Assembly: GCF_009914755.1 (NCBI RefSeq)
Contig: NC_060947.1
Length of the DNA stretch: 64,000 nucleotides
Source of the DNA: the human T2T-CHM13v2.0 reference genome, Homo sapiens
Direction: 5' to 3' (one strand)
Below, in pieces: positions 12,288-25,949 of the stretch. The position numbers and the translations under genes were made by a program. The first letter of the stretch is position 1. Every line of letters begins with the position of its first letter. Under the pieces are notes generated by a model. That model had not been told where the DNA came from, did not search any database, and was given only the letters and a program-made list of their open reading frames with translations.

Positions 12288-14302
12288 CCTGAACATAGAT
12301 GCAAAAATCCTCAACAAAATACTAGCAAACCAAATACAACAACACATTAAAAGATCATTCCTAATTATCAAGTGGAATTTATCCCAGGGATGCAAGTTTG
12401 ATTTATCATACTCAAATCAATAATTGTGATACATCACATTAACAGAATCAAGGAAAATAACCATAAATAACCATATGATCATTTCAATAGATGCAGAAAA
12501 AGCATTCAATAATATCCAACGTCCCTGCATGATAAACTCTTAACAAATTAAGTATAGAAGGAACAACCTCAACACAACAAAGGCTATATATGACAAACCC
12601 ACAACAAAAATCATACTGAATGGAGAAAGTTTGAAACTTTTCCTCTGAGATTTGGAACAACACAAGAATGGCCACTTTCCCCACTTTTATTCAACATAGT
12701 ACTGGAAGTCCTAGCCATAGCAATTAGGCAACAGAAAAAAATAAAGGGCATCCAAATTAGTGAGGAGGAAGTGAAATTGTCCACTTTCAGCTGATATGAT
12801 CATAGATTTTAAAAAATCCTAAAGACTTCACAAAAAAACTCTTGGAACTAATGAATTCATTAAAGTTGTGAGATATAAAATCAGACATACAAAAATCAGT
12901 AGCATTTTTGTGTCCAGAAAAGAAATCAAGAAAGCAATCCCGTTTATAATAGCAACAAAGGACATAAAACACCTAGGAATCAATTTAACCAAAGAGGTGA
13001 AGTATCTCTACAATGAGAACTATAAAATATTGATGAAACAAATTGAAGACACAAATAAATGGAAAAATGTCCTGTATTCATGGATTAGAAAAATAAATAT
13101 CATTAAAATGTCTACATTATCCAAAACTATCTAAAGATTCAATGAAATCCATATCAAAATACCAATGACATTCTTTACAAAAATAGAAAAAAATTCTAAA
13201 ATTTGTATGGAACCACAAAAGACTCCAAACAGCCAAAGCAGTCCTGAGTAAAGAGAACAAAACTGGGGGTATCACATTACTTGACTTCAAAATATACAGT
13301 ACAAAGCTATAATAACTAAAACTGCATGGCACAGGCATAAAAACATACACATAAACCAGTGGAATAGAATAGAGAACCCAGAAATAAATCCATGCATTTA
13401 CAGCCAACTGATATCAAAAAAGGTGCCAAGAACACAGATTGGGGAAAAAACAGTCTCTTCAATAAATGGTGCTGGGAGAATTGGTATCCACATGCAGAAT
13501 AATGAAATTAGACTTGTGTCTCTCACCATATACAAAAATCAAAATGAATTAAAGACTTAAATTTAAGACCTGAAGCAATGAAATTACTAGAAAAAAAATT
13601 AAGGAAATGCTTCAGGAAATTTTTTTAGGTAAAACCTTAAATCACAGGCTAAAAAGCAAAACTAAACACATGGGATTACATCAAACTAAAAAATGCTTTT
13701 GCACATGAAATGAAACAACAGAGTGAAAAAGCAATCTACAAAATTTGAGAAAATATTTTTAAACTATGCATCCAACAAAGAATATCCAGAATATATAAGA
13801 AACTCAATAGCAAATAATAATAACAATAATTTGATTTTAAAATAGGCAAAATACCTGAACAGACATTTCTCAATAGAAGACGCATAAATTTCCAGCAGGT
13901 ATATGTCAAAATGCTCAGTATCACTAATCATCAAAGATATGCAAACAAAAACCACAATGAGCTATCGCCTCACCCGAATTAGAATGGCTATTATCCAAAA
14001 AGACACACACACAAAAAAAAACCCACACACGCTGGCGTGGATGCAGAGAAAGGGGAACTTATACACTCTTCCTGGGAATGTAAATTAGTATAGCTGTTAT
14101 GGAAAACAGTATGAAGATTCTTCAAAAAAAATTAAAAATAGAACTATCATACGATCCAGCATTTCCACTGGTGAGTATATATCTAGAGGAATTGACATCA
14201 GCATGGGGAAGAGCTATCTGCAATCTCATGTTCACAATAGCCAACATATGGGACCAACTTAAGTGTCCATCAATGGATGAATGGATTGAAAAATATGGTA
14301 TA

Positions 14303-15065
14303 CACATGTTCTCACTTGTCAGTGGTGTTGCAGGGCAGGCAAGCCCCAAAACTGGGACTTAGCCCATGAGAGTTCTTGGCTTCACCCAGGAAAGAATTCA
14401 AGGGTGAGCTGATGATGTTAAGCAGCAACTTTCATTGAAGCAGCAGTGTACAGCAGCAGCAGAAGTATTGTTCCTTGCAGAGCAGGGCTACCCCACAGAC
14501 AGTGTGCCCAGAGTAGCAGCTCCAAGGATCTCTGCAGTCATATTTATACCCACATTTAATTATATGCAAATTAAGGTAAGGATTATGCAGAAATTTCTGG
14601 AAAAAGGATGATAACTTCCAGGTGGTCGGGTTGTTGCCATGGAAAGGGATGGTAACTTCTGGATGTTGCCAGGGTAATGATAAACTGACATGACACACTA
14701 GTGGGCATGTCTTATGGAAAGCTGCTTCTGCCCTGTCCCTGTTTTAGCTAGTCCTCAACTTGGTCCGGTGTCTCAGCCCTGTCTCCAGAGTTGAGTTCCA
14801 CCTCTGGAGTTGAGTTCCATCTCCTACCTCATTGGGAGCTAAGTATTGAGTACACATGGGCACAAAGAAGAGAACAACAGACCCTGGGGCTTACTTGAGG
14901 GTAGAGGGAGGGAAGAGAGTGAAGATCAAAAATCTACCTATTGGATACTACAATTATTACCTGGGTGGTGACATAATTTGTATACCAAACCCCTGTGACA
15001 TGCAATTTACCTATATAACAAACCTGCATCTGTACCCCTACACCTAAAATAAACATTTAAAAAAT
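14303..15065 (+). mobile_element. Short old L1PA/L1PB 3' end nested in the L1MA and itself split by an LTR
   Basis: catgttctcacttgtcagtgg|gagctaagtattgagtacacatgg...acctaaaataaa; diverged TSD aaaatatggtata / aaaatgtaatatg. Confidence 0.75.
14326..14831 (-). mobile_element. ERV1 solo LTR (MER66-like)
   Basis: TG...CA ends; 4-bp TSD gtgg/ttgg; reverse complement begins tgaggtaggag and contains gaggactagctaaaacaggg. Confidence 0.75.
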
Positions 15066-15959
15066 GTAATATGTAAACACAATATATTACTGTTCAGCTA
15101 TAAAAAATAATAAAATTCTGTCATTTGCAGCAATATGGATGAACCTTGAGGACAGAATGTTTACTAAAATCAGGCAGAGAAAGACAAATACCACATGATT
15201 TCCCTCAAATATGGAATCTAAAAAGTTTGATCTCATAGAAGCAGAGAGTAGAACGGTAGTTACCAGAGGCTGCAGAAGGAAGGGGGATAGGGAGTGGTTG
15301 GTAAATGGGAACAAAGTTACAGTTAGATAGAAAGAATAAATTGTTGTGTTCTATTACATAATAGAGTGACTATAGCTAATAACAATGTATTATTTATTTC
15401 AAGATAGCTAGAAAAGAGGACATTGAAAGGTATCACCATGAAGAAATGATAAAGGTGTGCGGTGAGGGACATGTCAACTACCCTGATTTGATCACCATGC
15501 AATGTATACATATATTGAAACATCACAATGTAGCCTATAAACATGTACAATTATGTCTGAGTTATAAACAAAGAAAAACCGTGAAGCCTAGAAATGATAA
15601 GTGACACACTAAGGTCCTATCAAGGAGCAAGTGATAAAACCAACTCTAGACTACAGATTGGGATTCTGATTCAGTTTTGATGTTTTTATGAAGAGATTGA
15701 ATTAGAAATTTTCTACACTTCCTTTCAGATTTAAAGCAATAATTTACGATTATTCCATGCTTCCTTCTTTAGGTGGGACCAGTGGCAAAATTGAAAACAA
15801 TGCAAATTTGGTGGGAGTGATGAAAGGAATGTATTGGTATTACTTTTCTGAGATGTAATATTAAGTCATTTGTCATACTATGCTTTTGCAAAGAGCATTT
15901 TCAGAGTTAGAAAACATTTTCCTTTTCTGAATAAGCATGAACTAGTGTTTGATGTCTCC

Positions 15960-16431
15960 TGTGAAAGGAAAATAAATCTTTGGGCCCCCAAATCACTAAG
16001 CTAAAGGGAAAAGTCAAGCTGGGAACTGCATAGGGCCAAACTGCCTCCCATTCTATTCAAAGTCACCCTGCTGCTCACTGAGATAAATGCGTATCTGATT
16101 GCCTCCTTTGGAGAGGCTAATCAGAAACTCAAAAGAATGCAACCATTTGTCTCTTATCTACCTATGACCTGGAAGCCCCCTCTCTGTTTTGAGTTGTCCT
16201 GCCTTCAGCTCGAGCTGTCCCACCTTTCCGGACTGAACCAATGTACATCTTACACATATCGATTGATGTCTCATGTCCCCCTAAAATGTGTAAAACCAAG
16301 TTGTGCCCCTACCACCTTGGGCACATGTCATCAGGACCTCCTGAGGCTGTGTCCTGGGCACCTGTCCTCAGCCTTGGAAGATTAAACTTTCTAAATTAAC
16401 TGAGACCTGCCTCAGATATTTGGGGTTCACA
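15960..16431 (+). mobile_element. MER4A-type LTR
   Basis: tgtgaaaggaaaataaatct...aagctaaagggaaaagtcaagctgggaactgc...ggggttcaca. Confidence 0.85.
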
Positions 16432-18417
16432 TCTTCGTAACCATGGAAGGATTCTGAATGGAGATGTTCCTGACCTTTGACAAATCTCCTATTGGTGCTT
16501 GGTACCAGCATGAGCTAACTTTATGGCTCAAACCAATAGGACAATTTGCTGAGGTCTGGGAGGGCCCCATCCAGAGAATCTCTAATCTCCCAAAATTTGG
16601 ATGAGATCTAAAGTTTATTTTGCTGTACAACTCCCCTTCTTTTTGGAGTTCTACATGCTTTCAACAAGGAAGGCAAGATTTCCTGCTTTCATAATGATGG
16701 AAGGCAAATAACTCCTTTATGGAGTTTGAGCTCGCTCCCAGCAGGGAAGACAAGTATGAGTTGTTTTTCCTGCTTCTAGGATGGTAGAAAGCAGTCTTCA
16801 GCCTGAGACCCATCCCTAGGTAAGTAGCTGAATTGGGGTTTTGTCTTGGCTAAAGTTTAACAACCAGCTGGTCTTAATTTCTCCTTCCCATTTAAGCACT
16901 CAGTGATCATATTGTTGGGGTTTCTTTGTTGTTGTTTGTTCTGGTCTTTCTCCCATCAGATTTGACCAGCTCTACCTGACTTGATCAAACCCGAGTGAGA
17001 ATTCCAAATTATGGGTAACAAAACCTCTTTAATATGGCTAAAATTCCTCACAGCTGCAGAAAAGAAAAGAAAAGAAAAGAAAAGAAAAGAAAAGAAAAGA
17101 AAAGAAAAGAAAACAAACAACAACAACAAAATGCGCTTGGTTTCTGTGTTTGCTTCCTGTCTTAAAAAACAAATGTTTTCTTCATTTACTTTCTTCCACC
17201 TGATACCCTTTCCCGTTTGCCATCTGGAGTACCAAAAAATCTAGAGAAGGCTTCTAATGACTTGAACCGCTTTAAAGAATTCAGAACAAAGGTGCCACTC
17301 ACCTTTTTGAAGTGTTCTGTTTTCTCTGTGGATTTTCAAGAGTCATGAGAAGATTCTTTGTAGGTCTAAAGCTCTGTTTTCCTGCATAGCATGACCTGAC
17401 CTCTTTGGCTTTGGGGGTGCCAGAGATGACCTTAGACCATGAGAGGATTTGACCTTGGCATGTGTAATGATGGACAGGAGCTACAAACTAGGGGTGGCTG
17501 AGCCCAGTTTACAGGAAGTAGTCTTGGCTGGTTTTTTTCCTCCTAGGAAGCTGTTGTTTAATGGCCCTAGTTATAATTCAGAGATGCCTTCTAAAGGGTC
17601 TTTTTTATTGCTTTTTCTCCCAAAATTAATCTCGATTCAACCTATCTGTGCACATTTGTGTGAGGAACTGAACTGTTGTTTTCGTAGATAAATGAGATAC
17701 TGAGTTTTCTCAGCTCTGAAGAGAAAGGGCATTTTGCTCCTCCCAGCCAAAAAGTGCCCCTGGGTGACTGGGGGCCTTGTGGGAATGTCTGGGGGGTTAA
17801 CCCCCACGACGTGCAGCAGCCCTACAGGGAAATCCCCGACAAAAATTAATTTTAAAGAATGCTCATCCAGGAAACTAATATAAGGGCTAATTATCCAGAA
17901 TTTTGAGCCCTCTCAGAGGTCATACACCTCTGGAGAGAGAAACTGAGACACATAATAGGGTGGAAATGACTCAGTGATGACACACTGTGGAGTCCTGCCC
18001 ACAAGCAGCACACATCGATCACCATACAAAAACCCTAGGCCATAGCTCAGTTCCTCCTTTTAAAAAAATAAAAAGTGGAAAACAATCTAAGAATGAGGAG
18101 AAAACAATGAAAATGACCCCATTGCGAACACTCCATAGGTTTTATGGCACCTTTACTTGCCAGAGTTTATGTAAAATGGAAGTAATATGGTCTTTGTGCA
18201 TATTTACATTAAGGAAAAGAGCCCTAAGGCCCACCTGCAAACTATAGAGTTCTTAAGTCTTCTTTTTCTCTATTTTCTTTTCTGTCTGTTTTAAATTTGC
18301 TGCTATTTTTCTGTTAAGATAAAAACCACTGTTTGGATCCAAAAGGTTCTTTTCACAAGCCGGTGAATTCGTATTTATCTTATGGCTAAAGTTCTGAAGT
18401 AAAAGCTATAGAATCTT

Positions 18418-18460
<43 letters not shown>

Positions 18461-18620
18461 CTTTAAAAGGCCTTTATAATTTCTATAATTTTGTGTTTAA
18501 TTGGCAATTTAATCCATTTCAATTTCCCTCTAGCACAACAGACTTTTTCTTTATTTACCATATGGTATATATTTTGCTATCTGATTTTCACTTGAGTTGT
18601 TTTCTTTAACATGCAAGTAA
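16432..18620 (+). mobile_element. MER4-type internal leader region, truncated
   Basis: Directly follows the LTR; typical non-coding MER4-int text; contains (AAAAG)n at 17058-17112 and (TG)n at 18425-18458. Confidence 0.75.
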
Positions 18621-18621
18621 T

Positions 18622-18705
18622 GAGGAGAGGAGAGGAGAGGAGGGGAGGGGAGAGGAGAGGAGGGGAGGGGAGGGGAGGGGAGGGGAGAGGAGGGGAGAAG
18701 AGGGA
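18622..18705. repeat. (GGAGA/GGGGA)n polypurine repeat
   Basis: Direct reading. Confidence 0.95.
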
Positions 18706-19088
18706 GTTTATTAAGTATTAACTCACATGATCCCAAGTTCCCACAATAGGCCGTCTGCAAGCTAAGGAGCAAGAAAAGCCAGTCCAAGTCTCAAAACTGA
18801 AGAACTTGGAGTCCGATGTTTGAGGGCAGGAAGCATCCAGCATGGAAGAAAGATGTAGGCTGGGAGGCTCGGCCAGTCTAGTCTTTTCATGTTTTTTCTG
18901 CCTGCTTTAATATTCTGGCTGCACTGGCAGCTGATTAGATGGTGCCCACCCAGATTAAGGGTGGGTCTGCCTTTCCCAGCCCACTGACTCAAATGTTATT
19001 CTCTTTTGGCAACACCCTAATAGACACACCCAGGATCAATACATTGCATCCTTCAGTCCAATCAAGTTGACATTCATTAACCATCACA
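18700..19088 (-). mobile_element. MLT2A (HERV-L) LTR lacking its 3' terminal ~55 bp
   Basis: gggagtttattaagtattaactcac...gaagaacttggagtccgatg...attaaccatcaca. Confidence 0.85.
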
Positions 19089-19092
19089 CATG

Positions 19093-19449
19093 TGATATTG
19101 TTTGGCTCTGTTTCCTCACCCAAATCTCACCTTGAATTGTAATAATCCCCATGAGGCAAGGGCAGGACCAGGTGGGGATAATTGAACCATGGGGGCAGTT
19201 TCCCCCATGCTGTTCTGATGATAGTGAGTTCTCACGAGATCTGATGATTTTATAAGGGGCATTCCCCTTTGCTTGGCACTCATTCTCTCTCCTGCCACCC
19301 TGTGAAGAGATAGATGCCTTCCACCATAATTGTAAGTTTTCCAAGACCTCCCCAGCTATGAGGAAATGTGAGTCAATTAAATCTATTTTCTTTATAAATT
19401 ACCCAGTCTTGGGTATTTCTTCATAACAGCGTAATAACAGACTAATACA
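19093..19449 (+). mobile_element. THE1 (C/D-like) solo LTR
   Basis: tgatattgtttggctctgt...agactaataca; 5-bp TSD acatg/ccatg. Confidence 0.9.
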
Positions 19450-19649
19450 CCATGTATCCAAAGTTCAAAAACATGCAAAACAATTATGTATTGATTATGA
19501 ATTCATATATGTAGTAAAAACCATGCATAGGAGGGATGTATGCAGATGTAGAAGGTGAAATGCATTTATGAGAATGATAAACATCTTATTGAAGATAATA
19601 GCTATGTATTGTGGAAAGAGGGAATATAATTCAATTGGAGAAGATGCTC

Positions 19650-20094
19650 AGCTTTCTATATCTGTCATAACAAAGTTTCACAAACTGGGTGATGTAAAGC
19701 AACAGAAAGGTATACTCTCACAGTTCTGGAGGCCAGAAGTCTGAAATCAAGTTGCCAGCACAGCCATGCTCCCTCCGTAGGTCTAGGAGAGAATCCTTGC
19801 CTATTCCAGATTCTGGTAGCTCCTGAAAGCCCTTGGTTTGTGGCAGCAAAATTCTAATCTCTGTGTTTGTTTTCATATAAACTTCTTCCCTGTGTCTTTC
19901 CCTCTCCTTTCTCTTCTGAGGATACATGTTATTGGATTTAGGGCTCACCTTAAATCCAGCATAACTTTTTCTTGAGTTTGTTACTGAAATTGCATCTACA
20001 AAGACCCTACTACCAAATAACATCACATTTACAAGTACTGGTGATGAGAACTTTTGACATTTTTTTTTTTGGAAAATGAAATTCAACCTACTAT
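19650..20094 (-). mobile_element. MLT1 (MLT1C-like) LTR inserted in an old L1M 3' fragment (~19455-20200)
   Basis: ctctcacagttctggaggccagaagtctgaaatcaag...attggatttagggctcacc...aattcaacc. Confidence 0.75.
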
Positions 20095-20829
20095 AAGGAT
20101 ACAGGGGACTTCAATTGTACTTGTGATATTATATTGCTTAGGTAGTGTGGCGAGTACTTGACATATCCTTTATACCTTTATGTAGGTTTAAAATATTTCC
20201 TAAGAAAAAATGACAAAAATCAAAAGAGAAGGGAGAATATAGGCTTCATATCTAGAAGCCATTTAAGGAAAATGAAGTCTCAGTTGACCTTAGTAGAGAA
20301 TCAAAGAAAGATAAAGGCCAGAGATTTGGTGGTAGACAACCTTGATTTTGCATTTATGTAAGGCTGCCTAGGTGCTCTCATATTCTAACTAATATTCTAA
20401 CTAACATTTTTATTTTAAAATTTATACATTTACTCCTCTACCCCTTTGAATATCCCATGGGTTATGAAATTCTGAATAATTGTAGCTATAAAAGGTTTTA
20501 TTTATCCTTTCCCGAAGTATAATTCACTGTTTTCTCCTTTTCAGAAGCTCAACCTATTAAATAAAGTGAAATAAATGTAATGCAAATACAACACACTTTT
20601 TGTCACCAGTGTTAACATTTTAAAATGTATTATCATGTAGTATCTATTCCTTATGGCTAGTACCATATGGTGAGACAGAAGGCACAGGGCCCTTTTTTAC
20701 CATTATTTAAATGGAAAAATCAGGCTAAATAGACAACTACCCATGTAGTATGATTAGAAGACCCTCAATTTGTTTCTGATAGTTAGGGTTAAATATAGTA
20801 TTTGTCTTATATCCTGTCAAGAAAAGCCC

Positions 20830-21490
20830 TTGTTCTGAACTCCATGCTTTAGAGACCCCTTTTGGCTTTCTTCTTGCTATGCCCTTCCTACAGTACCAGG
20901 AGCCCAGTTCGTGGGTCCAGAAGAATGTATACACACTCAGAGTTCTTGCCCATTGTGGTGCATCCTTAAGATACCTATGACCCCTGAATTCTTTACCCCA
21001 GTGGCCCCAAGCCTGCTTCCATCACCTACATGCTCCTCTGCACTGGGTCTGTCATTTTGAGGACTAACAGCACTGTTGGTGTTACATATGCCCAGCTAGC
21101 CATGGAGTGGCTATACATGGGTAACAGTTAAAGAATGGGTTGGGGTGTCCATATGCACGTACAGATGAGTCCTCTCATGGTGAGGGATGAAATCCAGGGT
21201 AGAAAGTGGAAAGAACAGGATTATCTGGGACCATGGCCTATAGAGGAGGTAGTAGTTCTTCTCACACTCATGGTGCAGAAGGTAGAGCATTTCAGGGATT
21301 CTAAATTAAAACCTGACCATTCTAGTCATTATAAATGTGTATTTGTTATGGAAGGAGATGTATAATATTTTATTTTACAGTTATTAGTCGATTAAAACAT
21401 TCTAAATTATTTAGTATATGGTATGTAGGCCTTCAGTCAAAGTCTTGCTTTGAACCCTGCAAACTTTACAAATGTTACAGGCGGGTCATG
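20830..21490. mobile_element. Probable hAT DNA transposon remnant (MER115-like)
   Basis: End ttatttagtatatggtatgtaggcct...caaatgttacaggcggg resembles the recalled MER115 terminus; left boundary uncertain. Confidence 0.45.
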
Positions 21491-22059
21491 TTAAATATTT
21501 GTCTACTTCTTCCTCCACGAGCCTTTGGGCTCTCTCTTGGTGTTTTGTGATGGTTTATGCTAACCACATGACTAGGTTAGAGAAACCAGATGTGCTCCTT
21601 GTTGTGCATATGTCCACTAATCATTGTCCCAATCATGGTATTCTCCATCTGGGACTTCCCTCATAAAAGTATTACAAATACTTAAAACATATAGTTCAAA
21701 TAATTGGCAGGGCCAATTCCTGACAACTGGACTACATGTATTCTCTGCCTCAATTTTGTGGTTACCACTGGTGTCTAACAGGCATTGAAACTTGCTCCAG
21801 CTATGAAGTTGCCATTCCTATGTCAACAGCAGAATCTGGTCACTTAATGCTGGTTCTTGAGTCCAAGCTCTGCCATATTTTTGGGTAACTAGGAGATTTA
21901 CATTCAGACAATGGCATTCTATTTATGATGAAGAACTAACGCTACACTACTAGACACAGCTTTCAATGACCATTTCATGTTTCTTTTAACATTTGTGCTG
22001 CTGGCATTTTCAAGAGGTAAAATGGCCTTTTAAAAAATTGGTAATGAAGATTGTTAGAA

Positions 22060-22990
22060 GTTTCACTTCTGACATAATAGCATGAGAAGCTCTGTAGATC
22101 CTCTCCTCAGTGAAACTGGTAAAAATAATAATAAAAAAAAACTCAACCACTTAAATTTTCTAGATATGTTCCTAAGGACACACAGCAAGTGAAAAAAACA
22201 TTTATTCCAGAAAATCTACAGAAACTTGATAAGAAAAGCAAGAGTCTGTGGTATTTGAACCAAGACCTGAATCCTCTCTGCCTCCTTCTGTCATTAAAAT
22301 GGAAACCCCAGACTGGTGCAGTCCAAAAAAACAGGGACCCCCTCTCATTTCAGCTCCAGAGTAATCTTTCCAGAAAAAGTATGTCAATAGCATTTTTTCA
22401 TCCTATTTACAGCTACATTTCACTAAACCTGAATTCCAGGTGAGTACAGTGGAGAGGTGGGGTCTTATTTTCCATGCAGCCTCCATTCATAGGATGAAGG
22501 ATCTACCTTGGACACAATGCTGCTGAAACTATTGGGCTTTCAATTGGGTAAGCAGTTCGACACAGGGAGAGGCAAGCAAAGAAAACCTGAGACTACTGCC
22601 ACCCTCCACTGAATGCCCAGCTCCTAAAGCAAGTGTCATTCACTGAGAAGCACACAGTTGTCTCCAGATACAAATCCATAGCTCAGAGATTTTGTTCAGG
22701 GGAAAAAGCAGACCAGAAAACAGAGAGCTCTGCATCTCTTCTCAAAGGAAATGAGTCCATTTGCAACAGTGTGAAGAAGCTGAAGCCTATGGCTCTCTCA
22801 AAAATAATGGAGCTGTGGTTAAAAGCAATTAAGAGGAACTTGGTAAAATAATTGGAATAAAAGCTAACTATAGGCAAGCTAGTTTACCAAAAAGAACCAG
22901 GGAAAGAAACAACTAAGAAGAGCCCTCCTAGGGTCAGAACAAACCTCAAACACAGACTAAAAATCTATCCTTTAAAGGAGCCTGAACTTA
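22060..22990 (+). mobile_element. Old L1M (L1MC/L1M4-type) 5' region, left part; continues at 30838-31710
   Basis: acatttattccagaaaatctac...aagagtctgtggtatttgaaccaagacc; contiguous across the TSD of the nested L1. Confidence 0.7.
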
Positions 22991-25211
22991 CTTATTTTTT
23001 TAACTTTCATTTTAAGTTCATGAGTACATGTGTAGGCTTGTTATATAGGTAAACTTTTGTCATGGGGGTTTGTTGTACAAATTATTTCATCACTCAGGTA
23101 TTAAGCCTAGTACCCATTAATTATTTTTTCCCAATCCTCTCCCTCTTTCAACCCTCCAACTCTGGTAGGCCCAGTATCTCTTGGTCCCCTCTATATGTCC
23201 ATGTGTTCTCATTATTAGCTCACACTTATAAGTGAAAATGTGTTATTTGTCCTTCTGTTCCTGTGTTAGTTTTCTGAGGATAATGGCCTCCAGCTCAACC
23301 CATGTTTCTGCAAAACAAAACATGGTCTCATTATTTTTCATGGCTAACACAGTATTCCATAATGAATATGTCCCACATTTTTTATCCAGTCTACTATTGA
23401 TAGGCATTTAGGTTGATTCCATGTTTCAGCTATTGTGAACAGTGCTGTGATGAACATACACGTGCCTGTGTCTTTATGACAGAATGATTTAAATTTCTTT
23501 CAGTATATAGCCAGGAATGGAATTGCTGAGTTGAATGGTAGTTCTGTTTTTTGGTCTTTGAGTATTCACCACACTGCTTTACACAATGGTTAAACTAATT
23601 TACACTCCCACCAACAGTGTATAACTGTTCTCTTTTCTCTATAACTTCACCAGCATCTGGTATTTTTTGACTTTTTAATAATAGTCATTCTGACTGGTGT
23701 GAGATGGAATATCATTGCGGTTTTTATTTGCATTTCTGTAACACTCAGTGATGTTCAGCTTTTTTTTTCATATGTTTGTTGGTGCATGTATGTCTTCTTT
23801 TGAGAAGTGTCTGTTCATGTACTTTGCCTACTTTTTAATGGGGTTGTTTGATTCTTGAAAATTTGCTTAAATTCCTTACAGATGTTGAATATTAGACCTT
23901 TGTCAGGTACATAGTTTGCAAAAATTTTCTCCCATTCTGTAGGTTGTCTGTTTACTCTGTTGATAGTTTCCTTTACTGTCTAGAGCTCTTTAGTTTAATG
24001 AGGTCTCATTTGTCCATTTTTTCTTTTGTTGCAATTGCTTATGGTGTCTTCCTCATGAAATATTTGCGCATTCCTATATCTAAAATGGTATTGCCTAGGT
24101 TGTCTTCCAGGGTTGTTTTTCATTTTGGGGTTTACACTTAAGTCTTTAATCCATCTTGAGTTGATTTTTGTATATGGTGTAAGGAAGGGGTCCAGTTTCA
24201 ATCTTCTGCATATGTCTAGCCTGTTACCCCAGCACCATTTATTGAATAGGGAGTCCTTTCTCCATTGCTTGTTTTTCTCAGCTTTGTTGAAGATCAGATG
24301 GTTGTAGGTGAGCAGCCTTTTTTCTAGGGTATCTATTCTGTTCCACTGGTCTATGTGTCCGTTTTTGTACCAGTACCATGCTGTTTTGGTTACTGTAGCC
24401 CCGTAGCGTAGTTGGAAGTTGGGAAGCATGATGCCTCCTGCTTTGTTCTTTTCGCTGAGTAGTGCCTTGGCTATTCAGGTCCTTTTTTGGTTTGAAATGA
24501 AGTTTTAAATAGTTTTTTTCTAGTTTTGTGAAGAATGTCATTGGTAGTTTTACGGCAATAGCATTGAATCTATAAATTGGGCAGCATGACCATTTTAACG
24601 ATATTGATTCTTCTTATGCATAAGCATGGAATGTTTTTCTATTTGTGTCATCTCTGATGTCTTTGAGCAGTGTTTTGTAATTCTCATTGTAGAAATCTTT
24701 CACCTCCCTGGTTATCTGTATTCCTAGGTATTTTATTCTTTTTGATGCAATTGCAAATTGGATTGCATTCCTGATTTGGCTCTTGGCTTGGATTTTGTTG
24801 GTTTTTAGAAATGCTAGTAATTTTTATACATTGATTTTGTAATGTGAGACTTCACCAAAGGTGTTTCTTAGCTTAAAGAGCTAATAGCTAATAGGTAGAG
24901 ATTATAGGATTTTATAGATATAGAATCTTGTCATCTGCAAACAGGGAGAGTTTGACTTCTTCTCTTCCTATTTGGATGCCCTTTATTCTTTTCTTGATTG
25001 TTCTGGCCAGGACTTCCAATACTATGTTGAATAGGAGTTGTGAGAGAGGGCATCATTTTCTTGTGACAATTTTCAAGGGGAATACTTCCAGATTTTGCCC
25101 ATTCAGTATGATGTTGGCTGTGGGTTTGTTGTAGATGGCTCTTATTATTTTGAGGTATGTTCCTTCAATACCTAGTTATTTGAGAATTATCAACATAAAG
25201 AAATGTTGAAT

Positions 25212-25949
25212 TTTTCTTCAACTTTTATTTTAAGTTCTGGGGTATATGTGCAGGATGTCCAGGTTTGTTACATAGGTAAACATGTTCCATGGTGGTTTGC
25301 TGCACAGATCATCCCATCACCTAGCTATGAAGCCCAGCCTCCACTAGCTATTCTTCCTGATGCTCTCCCTCCCCCTGCACCCCACAACCCGCCAGGCCTC
25401 AGTGTGTGTTGTCCCCCCTCCCATGTGTCCATGTGTTCTCATCATTCAGCTCCCACATATGTGAGAACATGCAGTGTTTGGTTTTCTGTTCCTGTGTTAG
25501 TTTGCTGAGGATAACAACTTCCAGCTCCATCCATATCCCTGCAAAGGACATAATTTCATTCCTTTTAATAGCTGCATAGTATTTCGTGGTATATACGTAC
25601 CATATTTTCTTTATCCAGTCTATCATTTGGGTTGATTCCAGCACTTTGCTATTGTGAGTAGTGCTGCAAGGAACATTCATGTGCATGTATCTTTATAATA
25701 GAATGATTTATATTCCATTGGGTATATACCCAGTAATGGGATACCTGGGTCAAATGGAATTTCTGCTTCTAGATCTTTGAGAAATCGCCACATTGTCTTC
25801 CACAATGGTTGAACTAATTTACATTCTCACCAACAGTATACAAGTGTTCCTTTTTCTCCATATCCTCACCAGCATCTGTTGTTTCCTGACTTTTTAATAA
25901 TCGCCATTCTGATTGACATGAGATGGTATCTCATCATGGTTTTGATTTG
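25212..25949 (-). mobile_element. 5'-truncated younger L1PA (approx. PA8-12) nested in the L1
   Basis: Second L1 3' end; perfect 15-bp TSD aaagaaatgttgaat (25197-25211 / 25950-25964). Confidence 0.9.

Larger units (their letters stand above)
12288..15575 (+). mobile_element. 5'-truncated L1MA (approx. L1MA5-7), ORF2 RT region to 3'UTR, with nested elements
   Basis: L1 ORF2 text (gatgcaaaaatcctcaacaaaatactagc); ORF 12868-13134 KHLGINLTKEVKYLYNENYK; L1MA-type 3'UTR at 15230-15570. Confidence 0.9.

Noticed and set aside
19054-19190. DUX4 sites in the MLT2A and THE1 LTRs (embryonic promoter potential)
   Set aside because: Both sites look mutated relative to the recalled motif (cagtccaatca; taattgaacca), and there is no evidence of activity
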